Counted from the first letter of the whole stretch, positions 19,847 through 30,707 are shown. The stretch is 63,823 nucleotides of DNA, filler included, from 7 parts of 7 records of this genome joined end to end with filler, not necessarily neighbours in it; one strand, 5' to 3'. Notes: a model not told the origin generated them from the letters alone. Numbers and translations are program-made.

Positions 19847-21613
19847 TTAATTCGAATTCAGGATCAGCCCGGCCGGGATTTGCACCGGCACAGACAGGAG
19901 TTTTTGGGCAAAGCCCTTGCCCTGTGCATCGTTGCGCAGGGATGCGATGCCACCGCTGCCTAGGGCGTTGTGCATCAGGATGTTCATGGAATGGGATCCG
20001 GGCAAGAAAAACCGTTCTATCTCGCCCGGTGTCTGGTCTTTGAAAACCTCTGCAACCCGCTCCGGCGTGAGAGCCGCCCAGATATAGGGGACATAGGCAG
20101 GGTGGCGGGCAATAACGCCAATGTTGGCACTGTCGCCTTTGTCACCGGATCGCGCCCATGCCAGATCTTCGAGGCCATGCGTGACCATTTCGGATGAAGG
20201 GACTACAGAGGGTGGCGCTTTTGGTGAACTTGGGGCGGGTGGAGCCAGCCCACCCCGATCCGGTTCAAAATCTATCGCTTTGTCATCAAGCGAGATTTTG
20301 TACGCAAGCTGATCCGCGTCCACCAAAAAGGAAAACAACGCCACCACGGGCGAGGGTTTAGGCCGCCCGCCACCAGTAAAGAAATGCAATCCCGGAGGTG
20401 TCGCCAAGGCTCCACCGATCAATTCCTTAAGGAACAGACCAATGGCGCGCGGATCATCATGGCGCACTGCCGCTTTGAACGCGATCTCTTCGTAAGGGCC
20501 ATCACCGGGACGTCCCCCAAAGGCTTCAAAACTGACCTCTCTGTAATCCAGCGCACCCATCTTGGTAAGGGTTGCCCGCGCCCGATCCAGACCGGCCTGT
20601 GCGAACGCCTGCGCTTTGGTGCGGGCATCGCGACCGTTGAACTGAAACACCATGCCAGCCCGGTAGCCATCCGCCCACGTGGTGGATACCTTGAGCTGCC
20701 CCGAGGCTGGTCGCCCCTTAGCCCCACGGACCTGCACCCTGTCGGCCCCAAGCTGCGCAAGCCGAACGTTGGAAAAGTCACACACGACATCGGGCAGCAA
20801 ATAAGCCTGTGGATCTCCGATCTCATAGAGCATCTGTTCACAGACTGAGGCCGTTGAAACAACACCGGTTGTGGCGTTGGGTTTGGTCAACACCATACTG
20901 CCATCAGCGTGAATTTCGGCAATCGGATACCCGATCAGAGCGACATCCCCGGCCTGCTCCCAATCAGTGAAATTCCCACCGGTGGATTGCGGCCCACATT
21001 CCAACAGATGACCGGCCAGCGACCCAGCCGACAACAGATCAAAGTCATCCGCAGACCAATTAAAATGATGCATGCACGCCGCCAAGGTCAACGCGCTGTC
21101 GACACATCGACCCGTTATCACAATATCAGCGCCCGCATTCAGCGCCGCCACAATCGGGGTCGCCCCGATATAGGCGTTCATTGACGCGATTTTGTCCCGA
21201 GGCGGCATTGCCGCCCTTGAAAACATCTCGGTCGCGCCGGCAAATTCCGCCGCCCGTGGGAGGAGATCATCCCCCTCAACCACCGCAACCGTCAAAGACA
21301 AACCTGCCTCTGCAATATTGGCCCTCAATGCCGCCCCACAGGCCGCAGGGTTCACACCACCCGCGTTGGACAGAACCTTAACACCCTGCGCGGCGATTGC
21401 GCCCAGATTGCGACCCAAAGCGTCTGAAACGAAATCAGCCGCGTACCCTTTGTCGGCATCCTTGAGCCGGGCGCGCGCCATGATCGACATGGTGATTTCT
21501 GCGAGATAGTCATAGACGAGCACATCCACACCCGCGCCAAGTAACTGCGCCGTCGCATGTGGTGCTTCCCCCCAGAACCCGCTGGCCCCGCCGATCCGCA
21601 GTGCGTTTGTCAC
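19847..21613 (-). CDS. atuA: Acyclic terpene utilization protein AtuA family
   Basis: IGGASGFWG, DYLAEITMS, TGRCVDS, GHLLECG.Q.TGGNF, ARSGDKGD, LRNDAQGK; GTG start after GGAGGA. Confidence 0.9.
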   Translation of the reverse strand: MTNALRIGGASGFWGEAPHATAQLLGAGVDVLVYDYLAEITMSIMARARLKDADKGYAADFVSDALGRNLGAIAAQGVKVLSNAGGVNPAACGAALRANIAEAGLSLTVAVVEGDDLLPRAAEFAGATEMFSRAAMPPRDKIASMNAYIGATPIVAALNAGADIVITGRCVDSALTLAACMHHFNWSADDFDLLSAGSLAGHLLECGPQSTGGNFTDWEQAGDVALIGYPIAEIHADGSMVLTKPNATTGVVSTASVCEQMLYEIGDPQAYLLPDVVCDFSNVRLAQLGADRVQVRGAKGRPASGQLKVSTTWADGYRAGMVFQFNGRDARTKAQAFAQAGLDRARATLTKMGALDYREVSFEAFGGRPGDGPYEEIAFKAAVRHDDPRAIGLFLKELIGGALATPPGLHFFTGGGRPKPSPVVALFSFLVDADQLAYKISLDDKAIDFEPDRGGLAPPAPSSPKAPPSVVPSSEMVTHGLEDLAWARSGDKGDSANIGVIARHPAYVPYIWAALTPERVAEVFKDQTPGEIERFFLPGSHSMNILMHNALGSGGIASLRNDAQGKGFAQKLLSVPVQIPAGLILNSN

Positions 21614-21648
21614 GTCACGTTCCTCCATCCCGATCAAAACGGTACTTT

Positions 21649-21666
21649 ACAGACCGTCCGTTCTGT
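21649..21666. promoter_or_regulatory. Candidate TetR operator between divergent atuA and tetR
   Basis: Imperfect palindrome ACAGACCGTCCGTTCTGT (14 of 18 positions self-complementary). Confidence 0.5.
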
Positions 21667-21727
21667 TTTTATGTTCCAGCCATCGCTCCGGTCAACGGGG
21701 TTTTGCAACAAACGACGCCACGGAACG

Positions 21728-22387
21728 ATGCCACAGACACCCGCCCCCACCAAACCGACGCCGCAAGAAATACGGTCTCAAGTGACCCGTACCAAAGTCT
21801 GTCAGGCTACCATCGCCTGTCTGGATCGACTCGGGTACGCCGAGACAACATTTGCTAAAATCCAAGCCAAAGCAGGTGTTTCGCGCGGGGCCATCACGCA
21901 CCATTTCCCCACCAAACAGGCCCTTGTTGCAGCTACTGCAATGGATTTACTGGGCAATGCCTTAGGGCCCGTAGAACGTCGCGCAGGATCGCCACGCGAC
22001 AATCCCGTGCCGGTCTATGAGCTGATCATGAAGGCCTGGGACAACGTTGTGAATTCATCAGGTGGGCGCGCGATTGTGGAAATACTTGTGGCCTGCCGAA
22101 CGGACCCCGAGCTGTATCAATTGCTCGAGGACCGTTTGCACCATTGGGACCACATCAGCCTAAGCTCTGTCACACAGAGCTATCGCGGCACTGGCCCTGA
22201 TCCAGACGACGCCGAACTATTGTGGAGCATGTGCCGGAATTTTCTGCGGGGGTTGATCCTACACGAAAGCTTTGTCAGCGATCCCGCCTATCTGGCCCGA
22301 ATGGTCGACCGCTTTGCCCGCATGATGGAAACGCAGCTGATCGTGCTGCCCCCTGAACACCGAACACCGCAAGAGGAACCGAAATGA
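21728..22387 (+). CDS. TetR/AcrR family regulator
   Basis: GYAETT..I..KAGVSRGAITHHFPTK HTH; divergent from atuA. Confidence 0.92.
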   Translation: MPQTPAPTKPTPQEIRSQVTRTKVCQATIACLDRLGYAETTFAKIQAKAGVSRGAITHHFPTKQALVAATAMDLLGNALGPVERRAGSPRDNPVPVYELIMKAWDNVVNSSGGRAIVEILVACRTDPELYQLLEDRLHHWDHISLSSVTQSYRGTGPDPDDAELLWSMCRNFLRGLILHESFVSDPAYLARMVDRFARMMETQLIVLPPEHRTPQEEPK

Positions 22388-23541
22388 CCTGTCCTTCGCC
22401 TTTTATGACCCCCGAACGCGAGGCGTTTCGCGCCAATCTGAAACGGTTCTTTGATGACGAGGTGAAACCCAACCTTGATGAATGGGAGCTGAACAAGGCC
22501 GTGCCATGGGCGATGCATGAACGGGTGTCCAGCTTTGGCGTCTTTGGATTTGGGATCGACGAAAAATACGGGGGACTGGGGTTTGATGACGCCTTTATGC
22601 GCGCCGATTATGCCGAACTCGCGTTTGGCTGTGGCGCGTCAGGGTTTGCGGCCGCTGTTGGTGGGCGCATGATCTCTTTGGGTCCAATTGCCAAGTTCGC
22701 ACCCGATGCTTTTCGCAACACCGTGCTGCCCGAAATCATCGCCGGGCGGATGAATTCGTCACTGGCTATTACCGAACCCGGGGGCGGATCGGATGTTGCC
22801 AACCTCAGCACCAAGGCAGTGCGCAAAGGTGACAAATGGGTCCTGAACGGGGCCAAAGCCTTCATCACCGGCGGCATGGACAGTCAATGGTTTGTGGTTG
22901 GCGCCCGTACCGGGGGCCCGGGCATTGCTGGTATTTCGCTGTTCCTGATCGAAGCCGACACGCCCGGCTTCACCCGAACGCCTTTGGGCGGCAAAATGGG
23001 ATGGCATTGCTCGGAACAGGCGATGTTGCATTTCGATGATTGCGAGGTGTCCGCCGAGGCCCTGATCGGTCCTGAAAACAAGGGCTTTATCGCGATCATG
23101 AACAATTTCAACTACGAACGGCTTGCCATGACCGCTGGCTCCTTGGGCATGATGCGGCTGTGTTACGAGGCCTCGCTGGATTGGGCACGCGAACGTAAAA
23201 CCTTTGGTGAACGCCTGATCGACCATCAGGTCATCGCACATAAATTCGCGGAAATGTCCGCTAAGATCGATATGATCGAAGCCTACGTCGAACGGATTTG
23301 CTGGGCCATGAACCAAGGCGTGATGCCAGTGGCAGAGATTTCCAAAGCCAAGGTGCAATCCACCAAAGCGTTGGAATATGTCGCCTCTGAGGGCATGCAG
23401 ATCTTCGGCGGGGCCGGATATTTGCACGGCAACCCGGTCGAACGGGTCTGGCGTGAAATCAAAGTGATGGCGATTGGGGGCGGCTCCGAAGAGATCATGC
23501 GCGATCTGGCAGTCCGTCAAATGGGGCTGGCGGGGCAATAG
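22384..23541 (+). CDS. Acyl-CoA dehydrogenase (possibly AtuD-like)
   Basis: AITEPGGGSDV, NGAKAFITGG, QIFGGAGY, IGGGSEE. Confidence 0.9.
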   Translation: MTCPSPFMTPEREAFRANLKRFFDDEVKPNLDEWELNKAVPWAMHERVSSFGVFGFGIDEKYGGLGFDDAFMRADYAELAFGCGASGFAAAVGGRMISLGPIAKFAPDAFRNTVLPEIIAGRMNSSLAITEPGGGSDVANLSTKAVRKGDKWVLNGAKAFITGGMDSQWFVVGARTGGPGIAGISLFLIEADTPGFTRTPLGGKMGWHCSEQAMLHFDDCEVSAEALIGPENKGFIAIMNNFNYERLAMTAGSLGMMRLCYEASLDWARERKTFGERLIDHQVIAHKFAEMSAKIDMIEAYVERICWAMNQGVMPVAEISKAKVQSTKALEYVASEGMQIFGGAGYLHGNPVERVWREIKVMAIGGGSEEIMRDLAVRQMGLAGQ

Positions 23542-23575
23542 GACGTCACGCGCGCTTCCGAAGGGGCCGCGCTTG

Positions 23576-24571
23576 TTAAAGTTCCGACAGGCGATAGGCC
23601 CGCGGTGTCACCCCTGTCCAACTGCGGAACGCACGAATGAAAGCGCTGGCTTCGCTGAAGCCCGCGCGTTCAGCAATCCCTTCGACCGAAGCGTCCGTCG
23701 TGGTGAGCAGGCGAACCGCCAAATCCCGGCGCACTTGTTTTCGGATGTCGGAATAATCCACGCCCTCCTTTTTCAAACGACGGCGCAGGGTGTGTTGAGC
23801 AATGCCAAGCGCAGAGCAAACCTCGGCCATGTCCGCAAGCCGCCGCTCAACGGTCAGGACGTTCTCAACCGCCACCGCCACCTCTAGCGACAAACCCACA
23901 GCTGCATCCACCGGCAGGAACGCATCCAAGGGCGTTCGTCGGGCATAATTGATCGCTTGGGCTTCGCTGCGCACGATGGGCAATTTCATCAATCCAGCGG
24001 GAATGGCGATGCCTGAACTGGATTGCCCAAACTGCATCGGCGCACGGGCAAACATACCACGATAGGCCGCGACGTGCCCGGGTGCGGGGTAATCAAACCA
24101 AGCTGCATTTGTTGCCCCCCGATTGCCAGCCATCCAACTGAGCATACGCGTCACCAACACCAAAATCATCTCGATCGCCATGACGTTCAAAACTTCTCGA
24201 CCGGGGATCCGCGTAAGTTCGAACATCACGCTCGACCCGGACTCGCGGAAACCGTAGCGAAACGAATTGTCCATCAGGTCCATGAACTGAACCGCCCGTC
24301 CATAGGCCTCGCCCAGCGTTTCTGCATGGCTCAAGGCTCCGGCCATGATCGCAGTGATCCCGATGCGCTGCGGACGGTGCTGAAGCCCGCCCAGTTCATC
24401 GTCCATTGTCAGTGTAACCGTACGCACAAGTTTGACAAAATCAGGGGCCGCCAAATCGCTCGGCTGCGGCGGCAACCCTGCCCGACGCAACAAAGCCGCA
24501 GGATCAAACCCCTGCAAGGTTGCGCCCTCTAACATGTTTGCCGCAAAGGCCGCTGGAATCCTGACCGCCAT
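23576..24571 (-). CDS. AraC family regulator (OruR/GliR-like, C-terminal HTH)
   Basis: TLRRRLKKEG, IAERAGFSEASAFIRAFRSWTGVTP. Confidence 0.9.
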   Translation of the reverse strand: MAVRIPAAFAANMLEGATLQGFDPAALLRRAGLPPQPSDLAAPDFVKLVRTVTLTMDDELGGLQHRPQRIGITAIMAGALSHAETLGEAYGRAVQFMDLMDNSFRYGFRESGSSVMFELTRIPGREVLNVMAIEMILVLVTRMLSWMAGNRGATNAAWFDYPAPGHVAAYRGMFARAPMQFGQSSSGIAIPAGLMKLPIVRSEAQAINYARRTPLDAFLPVDAAVGLSLEVAVAVENVLTVERRLADMAEVCSALGIAQHTLRRRLKKEGVDYSDIRKQVRRDLAVRLLTTTDASVEGIAERAGFSEASAFIRAFRSWTGVTPRAYRLSEL

Positions 24572-24672
24572 GCAGTGTCACTTAATGTCTATTTTTCTGC
24601 ACCGCCAGATCATTGTCTGATTTGCGACCCCACGTTTACCCTGCTTCCAACCGTCAACGGAGGATCCATTTC

Positions 24673-25881
24673 ATGGCAACTGCTGCCTATATCTACGACG
24701 CCGTCCGCACCCCGCGTTCCAAGGGTAAGGCCGGGGGCACCCTGAACGAAGTCAAACCCATTCAGCTGGCCGCTGGCCTGCTGCGCGAGTTGGAAAGCCG
24801 CCACGATCTTGATACCGCCTTGGTCGGTGACGTGATTCTGGGCTGTACCGCCGCGATTGGCGATCAGGGCGCCTGTGTTGCCAAAGCCGCCGTGCAAGCC
24901 GCCCATTGGGACGAATCCGTTCCCGGTGTCCAATTGGACCGGTTCTGCGCGTCCGGACTGGAAGCGGTGAATATGGCGGCGGCCAAGGTCGGATCAGACC
25001 AAGAAGATCTGGTGGTTGCTGGCGGTATCGAATCCATGAGCCGCATTCCAATGCTGTCCGGTGGCGGGGCGATGTTCACCGACCCTGATTTCGTGATCGA
25101 CCAGAATTCCGCCCCCCAAGGGATCGGCGCGGATCTGATCGCCACCATTGATGGCTACAGCCGCGAAGACGTAGATGCCTTTGCAATGGAAAGCCAACGC
25201 CGCGCGGCACACGCCCGTGACAACGGATGGTTTGACCGCTCGGTTGTGCCCGTCAAGGACGAGAATGGCATCACCATTCTGCACCGCGATGATTTCATCA
25301 AACCCGCCACGGACATGCAGAAACTGGGGTCTTTAAACCCGTCGTTCGCGCAAATGGGTGGCTTTGGCTATGACGACATGGCGCTGGCGAAATACCCGCA
25401 GGTCAGCAAAATCAACCACGTCCACACACCCGGCAATTCCTCGGGCATCGTAGATGGGTCATCGGCGGTGATGATCGGGTCAGAACAAGCAGGCAAAGAC
25501 ATGGGGCTAGAGCCGCGCGGGCGCGTTGTTTCGGCCACCGTGATTTCAACCGATCCTGTCATCATGCTGGCAGGCCCCGGCCCGGCGGCCAAGAAATGCC
25601 TCGCCAAGGCGGGCCTTACAGTCAACGACATCGATATCTGGGAAATCAACGAAGCGTTTGCCTCGGTCGCGATGCGCTACATGAAAGACCTGGAGATTGA
25701 TCACGAAATCACCAACGTCAACGGCGGCGCAATCGCCATGGGTCACCCTTTGGGGGCCACAGGTGGCATGTTGGTGTCGACCGTGCTGGACGAGTTGGAA
25801 CGCCGCGGCAAGAAACGCGCGATGATTTCGCTGTGTGTCGGTGGTGGCATGGGTATCTCGACCCTGATCGAGCGTCTGTAA
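24673..25881 (+). CDS. Acetyl-CoA C-acyltransferase (thiolase)
   Basis: [40 protein letters not shown]. Confidence 0.95.
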   Translation: MATAAYIYDAVRTPRSKGKAGGTLNEVKPIQLAAGLLRELESRHDLDTALVGDVILGCTAAIGDQGACVAKAAVQAAHWDESVPGVQLDRFCASGLEAVNMAAAKVGSDQEDLVVAGGIESMSRIPMLSGGGAMFTDPDFVIDQNSAPQGIGADLIATIDGYSREDVDAFAMESQRRAAHARDNGWFDRSVVPVKDENGITILHRDDFIKPATDMQKLGSLNPSFAQMGGFGYDDMALAKYPQVSKINHVHTPGNSSGIVDGSSAVMIGSEQAGKDMGLEPRGRVVSATVISTDPVIMLAGPGPAAKKCLAKAGLTVNDIDIWEINEAFASVAMRYMKDLEIDHEITNVNGGAIAMGHPLGATGGMLVSTVLDELERRGKKRAMISLCVGGGMGISTLIERL

Positions 25882-25887
25882 GGAGTT

Positions 25888-28038
25888 ATGACTATGGGTG
25901 AATTTGCTTACGAAAAAGACGCCGATGGAATCGTCACCATCACCATGAATATGGACGGCCCGGTCAATGCGATGAACGACGCATTCTGGCCGCTGTTTGC
26001 CGACACGATGAACAAGATCGAGGCCGAAGAGGGTCTCACCGGCGTCATCTGGACCTCGGCCAAAGACACGTTCTTTGCTGGCGGCGACCTGAACATGCTC
26101 AAGGGCATTCAGCCCGACGGCGCGGGGGCCCTGTTCGAAAGCGTCGAGGCCACCAAAGCCGTGATGCGCCGTCAGGAAAAGCTGCCAGTGCCGGTTGTGG
26201 CCGCGATCAACGGTGCCGCACTGGGTGGCGGTTTTGAGATCTGTCTGGCGTGCAACTATCGCATTGCAGCCGAAAACCCCAAGACCAAGATCGGCTTGCC
26301 CGAGGTCACGCTGGGCCTGTTGCCCGGTGGCGGTGGCGTGGTGCGAATGACGTATCTATTGGGCTTAGAGGCCGCAATGCCCTTCCTGTTAGAGGGGCGT
26401 CAGGTTTCACCCGAAAAGGCTCTGAAAGCCGGCCTGATTCACGAAGTTGTACCTGCCGACCAACTGCTGGCGCGCTCCAAGGAATGGATCCTGTCCGTCC
26501 AAGGCGATCAAGCTGTAATCACGCAACCTTGGGACACCAAGGGCTACCGGTTCCCCGGTGGACCGTCGAACTCCCCCAAAAACATGACCCGCATCGCCGG
26601 TGCGGCGGCCATGCTTTACAAGAAAACCAAGGGCCTGATGCCCGCACCAGTGCGTATTCTCGACATCATGACCGAGACCGCAGGCAAGGTCGATTTCGAC
26701 ACCGCGCAGCGCTATGAGAGCCGCCGGTTTGCCTCGCTGACGCCCTTGGCAACTACCAAGAACATGATCTCGACCCTGTTCTTTGGCATGAACAAGGTGA
26801 ACGGTGGGGCCAGCCGCCCCAAAGACATCCCACGTTCCAAGGTCGAACGTCTGGGCGTTCTGGGCGCGGGCATGATGGGCCAAGGCATCACCTACTCCGC
26901 TGCCATGGCGGGTATTCCGGTGGTGCTCAAGGACATGTCGATGGAAGCCGCCGAACGCGGCAAAGCCTATACCGCTGGATTGTTGGAAAAGCGGATCAAA
27001 CGCGGGCAGATGACCCCTGAAAAACGCGATGCGGTTCTGGCTTTGATCACACCGACGGACAAATCCGAAGACGTTAAAGGCTGCGATTTGATCATCGAAG
27101 CGGTGTTTGAACAGATCGACATCAAAGACAAGGTGCTAGCGGAACACGAGGCCCTGCTTGCTGATGGCGGTTTCTGGGGGTCAAACACCTCGACCTTGCC
27201 AATCACGCGTCTGGCGACCGGATCTGCCAAGCCGGAAAACTTTGTTGGCCTGCATTTCTTTTCACCTGTCGACAAGATGCCCTTGCTGGAAATCATCGCA
27301 GGGGACCAAACATCGGACGAAACGTTGGCGCGCGCTTTTGATTTTGCACGTCAGATCAAGAAGACCCCGATCATCGTGGGGGATAAAACCGGGTTCTATA
27401 CCTCGCGCACCATCGGCACCAAGATCATCGAAGCGGTGGAGCTGGTGGCCGAAGGTCACGACCCCGTGCGTGTCGACAACCTGTCCCGCCTGATTGGGAT
27501 GCCCACCGGAATGCTGTCGTTGCTGGACGAGGTGCAGATCAAACTGGTCACCGACATCTACAACACGCAGGTCGAAATGGGTTTGCTGGACCCTGCCAAC
27601 GAACAGAACCCCGGCGCGCGCGCCATGCTCGCTGAAATGATCAGCCAGCACGAACGCCACGGCCGCGCTACAGGCAAAGGTTTCTATGACTATTCGGCCG
27701 ACGGCAAAACCATCTGGCCCGGTTTGGCCGCGTGGCGCAAAGACGGTGCGGATATCCCGGATGAGGATATCAAAGACCGCATCCTGTTCCGCGCGGTTCT
27801 GGAAAGCCTGAAGTGTCTGGAAGAGGGCGTTCTACGAACCGTTAACGATGGCAATGTCGGGTCTATTCTGGGCATTGGTGCCCCGGTGCACACAGGCGGC
27901 TATATCCAGTTCGTCAACACCTATGGTCTGGATCGGTTCAAGGCCCGGTGCGAAGAGCTGGCCGGCAAATACGGTGACCGCTTTGCGCCACCAGAAATCT
28001 TGAAATCGCACGTTGCCGAACAAAAAGAGTTCGCCTGA
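25888..28038 (+). CDS. Fatty-acid oxidation multifunctional enzyme (enoyl-CoA hydratase + 3-hydroxyacyl-CoA dehydrogenase, FadB/FadJ-like)
   Basis: FFAGGDL, GLPEVTLGLLPG, GAGMMG, IEAVFE, SNTSTL, HFFSPV. Confidence 0.95.
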   Translation: MTMGEFAYEKDADGIVTITMNMDGPVNAMNDAFWPLFADTMNKIEAEEGLTGVIWTSAKDTFFAGGDLNMLKGIQPDGAGALFESVEATKAVMRRQEKLPVPVVAAINGAALGGGFEICLACNYRIAAENPKTKIGLPEVTLGLLPGGGGVVRMTYLLGLEAAMPFLLEGRQVSPEKALKAGLIHEVVPADQLLARSKEWILSVQGDQAVITQPWDTKGYRFPGGPSNSPKNMTRIAGAAAMLYKKTKGLMPAPVRILDIMTETAGKVDFDTAQRYESRRFASLTPLATTKNMISTLFFGMNKVNGGASRPKDIPRSKVERLGVLGAGMMGQGITYSAAMAGIPVVLKDMSMEAAERGKAYTAGLLEKRIKRGQMTPEKRDAVLALITPTDKSEDVKGCDLIIEAVFEQIDIKDKVLAEHEALLADGGFWGSNTSTLPITRLATGSAKPENFVGLHFFSPVDKMPLLEIIAGDQTSDETLARAFDFARQIKKTPIIVGDKTGFYTSRTIGTKIIEAVELVAEGHDPVRVDNLSRLIGMPTGMLSLLDEVQIKLVTDIYNTQVEMGLLDPANEQNPGARAMLAEMISQHERHGRATGKGFYDYSADGKTIWPGLAAWRKDGADIPDEDIKDRILFRAVLESLKCLEEGVLRTVNDGNVGSILGIGAPVHTGGYIQFVNTYGLDRFKARCEELAGKYGDRFAPPEILKSHVAEQKEFA

Positions 28039-28044
28039 AACCAA

Positions 28045-28070
28045 CTGGCGCGGGGGTTCCCTCGCGCCAG
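28045..28070. terminator. Hairpin between convergent genes
   Basis: CTGGCGCG...CGCGCCAG stem. Confidence 0.6.
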
Positions 28071-28071
28071 C

Positions 28072-28638
28072 TTACTTCGCCAGCGCGTGATCTAACAAAA
28101 CGCGCGCAGCCTCTTTAGCATCTTGTGCTGGCTTGCAACTGTTGAGCAGCACAGATGACACAATCGCCCCCTCTTTCAGCAACAGGATCTGACTGCCCAG
28201 CGCCTCGGGGTCTTTGGCTCCGGCTTCGGTTGCCAGTCTGGTAAAATGATCCAGCAACGCCTGTTTATGCCCGGCCGCCTGTTGGTGGATCGGGTGGCTC
28301 TTTTCCTGATATTCGGCCCCGGCTTTGATGAACATACAGCCGCGATACCCGTCCTCAGAGAACCATTCTCCCAAGGCATCAAACCCGGCCATCAGCTGCC
28401 CTTCTGGCGTATCCGAAAGCTCTTGAATGCGGTCCAGAAACCAGGCTCGAAAACTCTCGTCGCGTAGCTGCAGCGCTGCAACGATCAATTCTTCTTTCGT
28501 GCGAAAGTGTTTGTACATCGACGTTTTAGAGACGCCGGTTTCCGTCACCAGTTTATCCATGCCCGTGGCATGAAACCCATCGCGATAAAACACCTGCAGC
28601 GCCTTACGGACCAGCTCGTCTCTTTTGTTCGGGCGCAT
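28072..28638 (-). CDS. TetR/AcrR family regulator
   Basis: FYRDGFHATGMD..GVSKTSMYKHF.TKE; GCMF motif. Confidence 0.93.
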   Translation of the reverse strand: MRPNKRDELVRKALQVFYRDGFHATGMDKLVTETGVSKTSMYKHFRTKEELIVAALQLRDESFRAWFLDRIQELSDTPEGQLMAGFDALGEWFSEDGYRGCMFIKAGAEYQEKSHPIHQQAAGHKQALLDHFTRLATEAGAKDPEALGSQILLLKEGAIVSSVLLNSCKPAQDAKEAARVLLDHALAK

Positions 28639-28653
28639 GATTCGGCTCCTTAG

Positions 28654-28830
28654 TGTACCGATCTGTACATAGTCACAAACTTTCTTGCGTGCAACCAGAC
28701 CCCACCAACCAACTGAAATAAAACACTTTAATGTCATCTTCTAATTTTGAGAAAATCTTTCTGAAAACAAAGATCTTGAAAAAGGTTACTGATCGGTACA
28801 CTTTACCCTCACAGTTTACTGATCGGTACA
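28654..28830. promoter_or_regulatory. Three TetR operator sites, consensus TGTACnGATCnGTACA
   Basis: 28654-28669 TGTACCGATCTGTACA; 28785-28800 GTTACTGATCGGTACA; 28815-28830 TTTACTGATCGGTACA. Confidence 0.75.
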
Positions 28831-28845
28831 CCAAGGAAATTCATC

Positions 28846-28929
28846 ATGCCTCGTTTCACCTCTCCGTTCCCGGCCAATTGCGGCCCCCTCATCCTGACAC
28901 TGGCTTTATTGGCCGCGACACTGACTTGA
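28846..28929 (+). CDS. Possible 27-aa leader or small peptide [27 protein letters not shown]
   Basis: AAGGA RBS upstream; stops 11 nt before the DUF1348 start. Confidence 0.3.
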   Translation: MPRFTSPFPANCGPLILTLALLAATLT

Positions 28930-28940
28930 AAGACACCGCC

Positions 28941-29405
28941 ATGACACGTCCTCCCCTCCCTCCGTTTACCCGCGAAACAGCCATTGAAAAGGTCCGGTTG
29001 GCTGAAAACGGCTGGAACAGCCGTAACCCCGATTTGGTTACACCCGCCTATACCAACGACAGCACGTGGCGAAACCGCGCTGAATTCCCCAAGGGCCACG
29101 CAGAAATCCACGCTATGCTGACCCGCAAATGGGAAAAAGAAACGCAATACCGCCTGATCAAAGAGCTGTGGGCCTTTACCGACAACCGCATTGCTGTGCG
29201 CTATGCCTATGAATGGTGTGATGCAGACGGCAATTGGACCCGATCATACGGCAACGAGAATTGGGAATTTGCCGAAGATGGCCGCATGGCCAACCGGCAT
29301 GCCTCGATCAACGATTTGCCCATCCGTGAAGAGGATCGCTTGTTTCACTGGCCCCTCGGCCCGCGCCCCGATGACCATCCCGGCCTAAGCGACCTTGGCC
29401 TGTAA
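28941..29405 (+). CDS. DUF1348 (NTF2/SnoaL-like) family protein
   Basis: [52 protein letters not shown]. Confidence 0.92.
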   Translation: MTRPPLPPFTRETAIEKVRLAENGWNSRNPDLVTPAYTNDSTWRNRAEFPKGHAEIHAMLTRKWEKETQYRLIKELWAFTDNRIAVRYAYEWCDADGNWTRSYGNENWEFAEDGRMANRHASINDLPIREEDRLFHWPLGPRPDDHPGLSDLGL

Positions 29406-29431
29406 GCTGAGCCTGTAGAGGAGATAAACCA

Positions 29432-30058
29432 ATGCCCCGCGCCTTTTCCGAACTCATGTTCACCCCCGCTGTCCGTGCTCACCAAGAACGCATGGGATCG
29501 GCAGCGTCGTATGCCAAATTCATCGCCGATGGCCCCAAAAGCGGGCATTTAATCGGCCCCGCAGAAAAGGCATTCATCGAGGCGCGGGATGGGTTTTATC
29601 AATCCACTGTTTCGGAAACAGGCTGGCCCTATGTTCAGTTTCGCGGCGGCCCCGTAGGGTTCTTGCGGGTGCTGGACGAACGGACGATCGGATACGCTGA
29701 CCTAACCGGCAACAAACAGTACATTTCGCGCGGCAATCTGGATGGCAATGACCGGGTGTCGCTTATCCTGATGGATTACGCCAACAAACGACGGCTCAAG
29801 ATCGTGGGGCGGGTATCCTTTACCGAGGGCGCGCAAGCCGCCACAAGCCTGTTTGCCGATGGCTCAGAAACAGAACCAGAGCGCGCTGCCATCATCACCG
29901 TCGAAGGCATGGACTGGAACTGTCCCCGCCATATCACGCCACGCTACACCGAGGCCGAGTTGCGCCCACACTTGAACAAATTGGGGGCTGAGATTGCCCA
30001 ACTCAAGGCCGAGAATGAACGCCTACAAGCCGAACTAGCTGCGTCCAAAACCAGATAA
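29432..30058 (+). CDS. Pyridoxamine 5'-phosphate oxidase-like FMN-binding protein
   Basis: GWPYVQFRGGP.GF, GNKQYIS.GN, DWNCPRHITPRY. Confidence 0.9.
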   Translation: MPRAFSELMFTPAVRAHQERMGSAASYAKFIADGPKSGHLIGPAEKAFIEARDGFYQSTVSETGWPYVQFRGGPVGFLRVLDERTIGYADLTGNKQYISRGNLDGNDRVSLILMDYANKRRLKIVGRVSFTEGAQAATSLFADGSETEPERAAIITVEGMDWNCPRHITPRYTEAELRPHLNKLGAEIAQLKAENERLQAELAASKTR

Positions 30059-30148
30059 GCCGCTCCCAAACCTCGTAAATTTACGAACTGCAGCCTGATC
30101 CCAAGGCTGCGGCCCCTCCCCTGCACCCTTTCGCCAAAGGAATTCGCC

Positions 30149-30649
30149 ATGCCTGTCGAACCTATCTTTCTGTTGCAGTTCGCGCTCAGCATCCTTGTGA
30201 TTGCTTTGCTCGCTGCGTGGTATCTTGGCCCGGCCCTGTCAACACGCCCCCTGCACATAGCGATTGGCGTCCTGCTGATCCCCCATGCCTTTCGCCACGT
30301 TGGCTTGGTGTTCATGGTTCCGGGAGTGGTGTCACCTGACTTGGCCCAGGGGTTTGCCAGCAGCGCCGGTTTTGGTGATTTGGCCGCAGCCCTGCTTGCG
30401 CTTACCGCGATGGTCGCGTTGCGCCTACATTTGCCCGGGGCGTTGCTGGTGACATGGATCTTTAGCATTGTCGGTATCGCTGATCTGGCCAACGCCCTGC
30501 GTCAGGCCGAAGTCATCCCCCACTTTCAGGCCGCTTGGTATATCCCCACCTTTTTCGTCCCACTGCTGCTGGTTACGCATCTCATGATTGTTGTCCGGTT
30601 GATCCGTGCAGCACGTGGCGCAGAGGCCGCTGTGCCCTCCCCCTCTTAA
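30149..30649 (+). CDS. Hypothetical integral membrane protein
   Basis: About five hydrophobic segments; [19 protein letters not shown]. Confidence 0.75.
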   Translation: MPVEPIFLLQFALSILVIALLAAWYLGPALSTRPLHIAIGVLLIPHAFRHVGLVFMVPGVVSPDLAQGFASSAGFGDLAAALLALTAMVALRLHLPGALLVTWIFSIVGIADLANALRQAEVIPHFQAAWYIPTFFVPLLLVTHLMIVVRLIRAARGAEAAVPSPS

Positions 30650-30707
30650 TTTCCCCCCGTTGGATCAAGCCGATCCAATCCATCCCTTCACTTTGAAAGG
30701 AAATACA

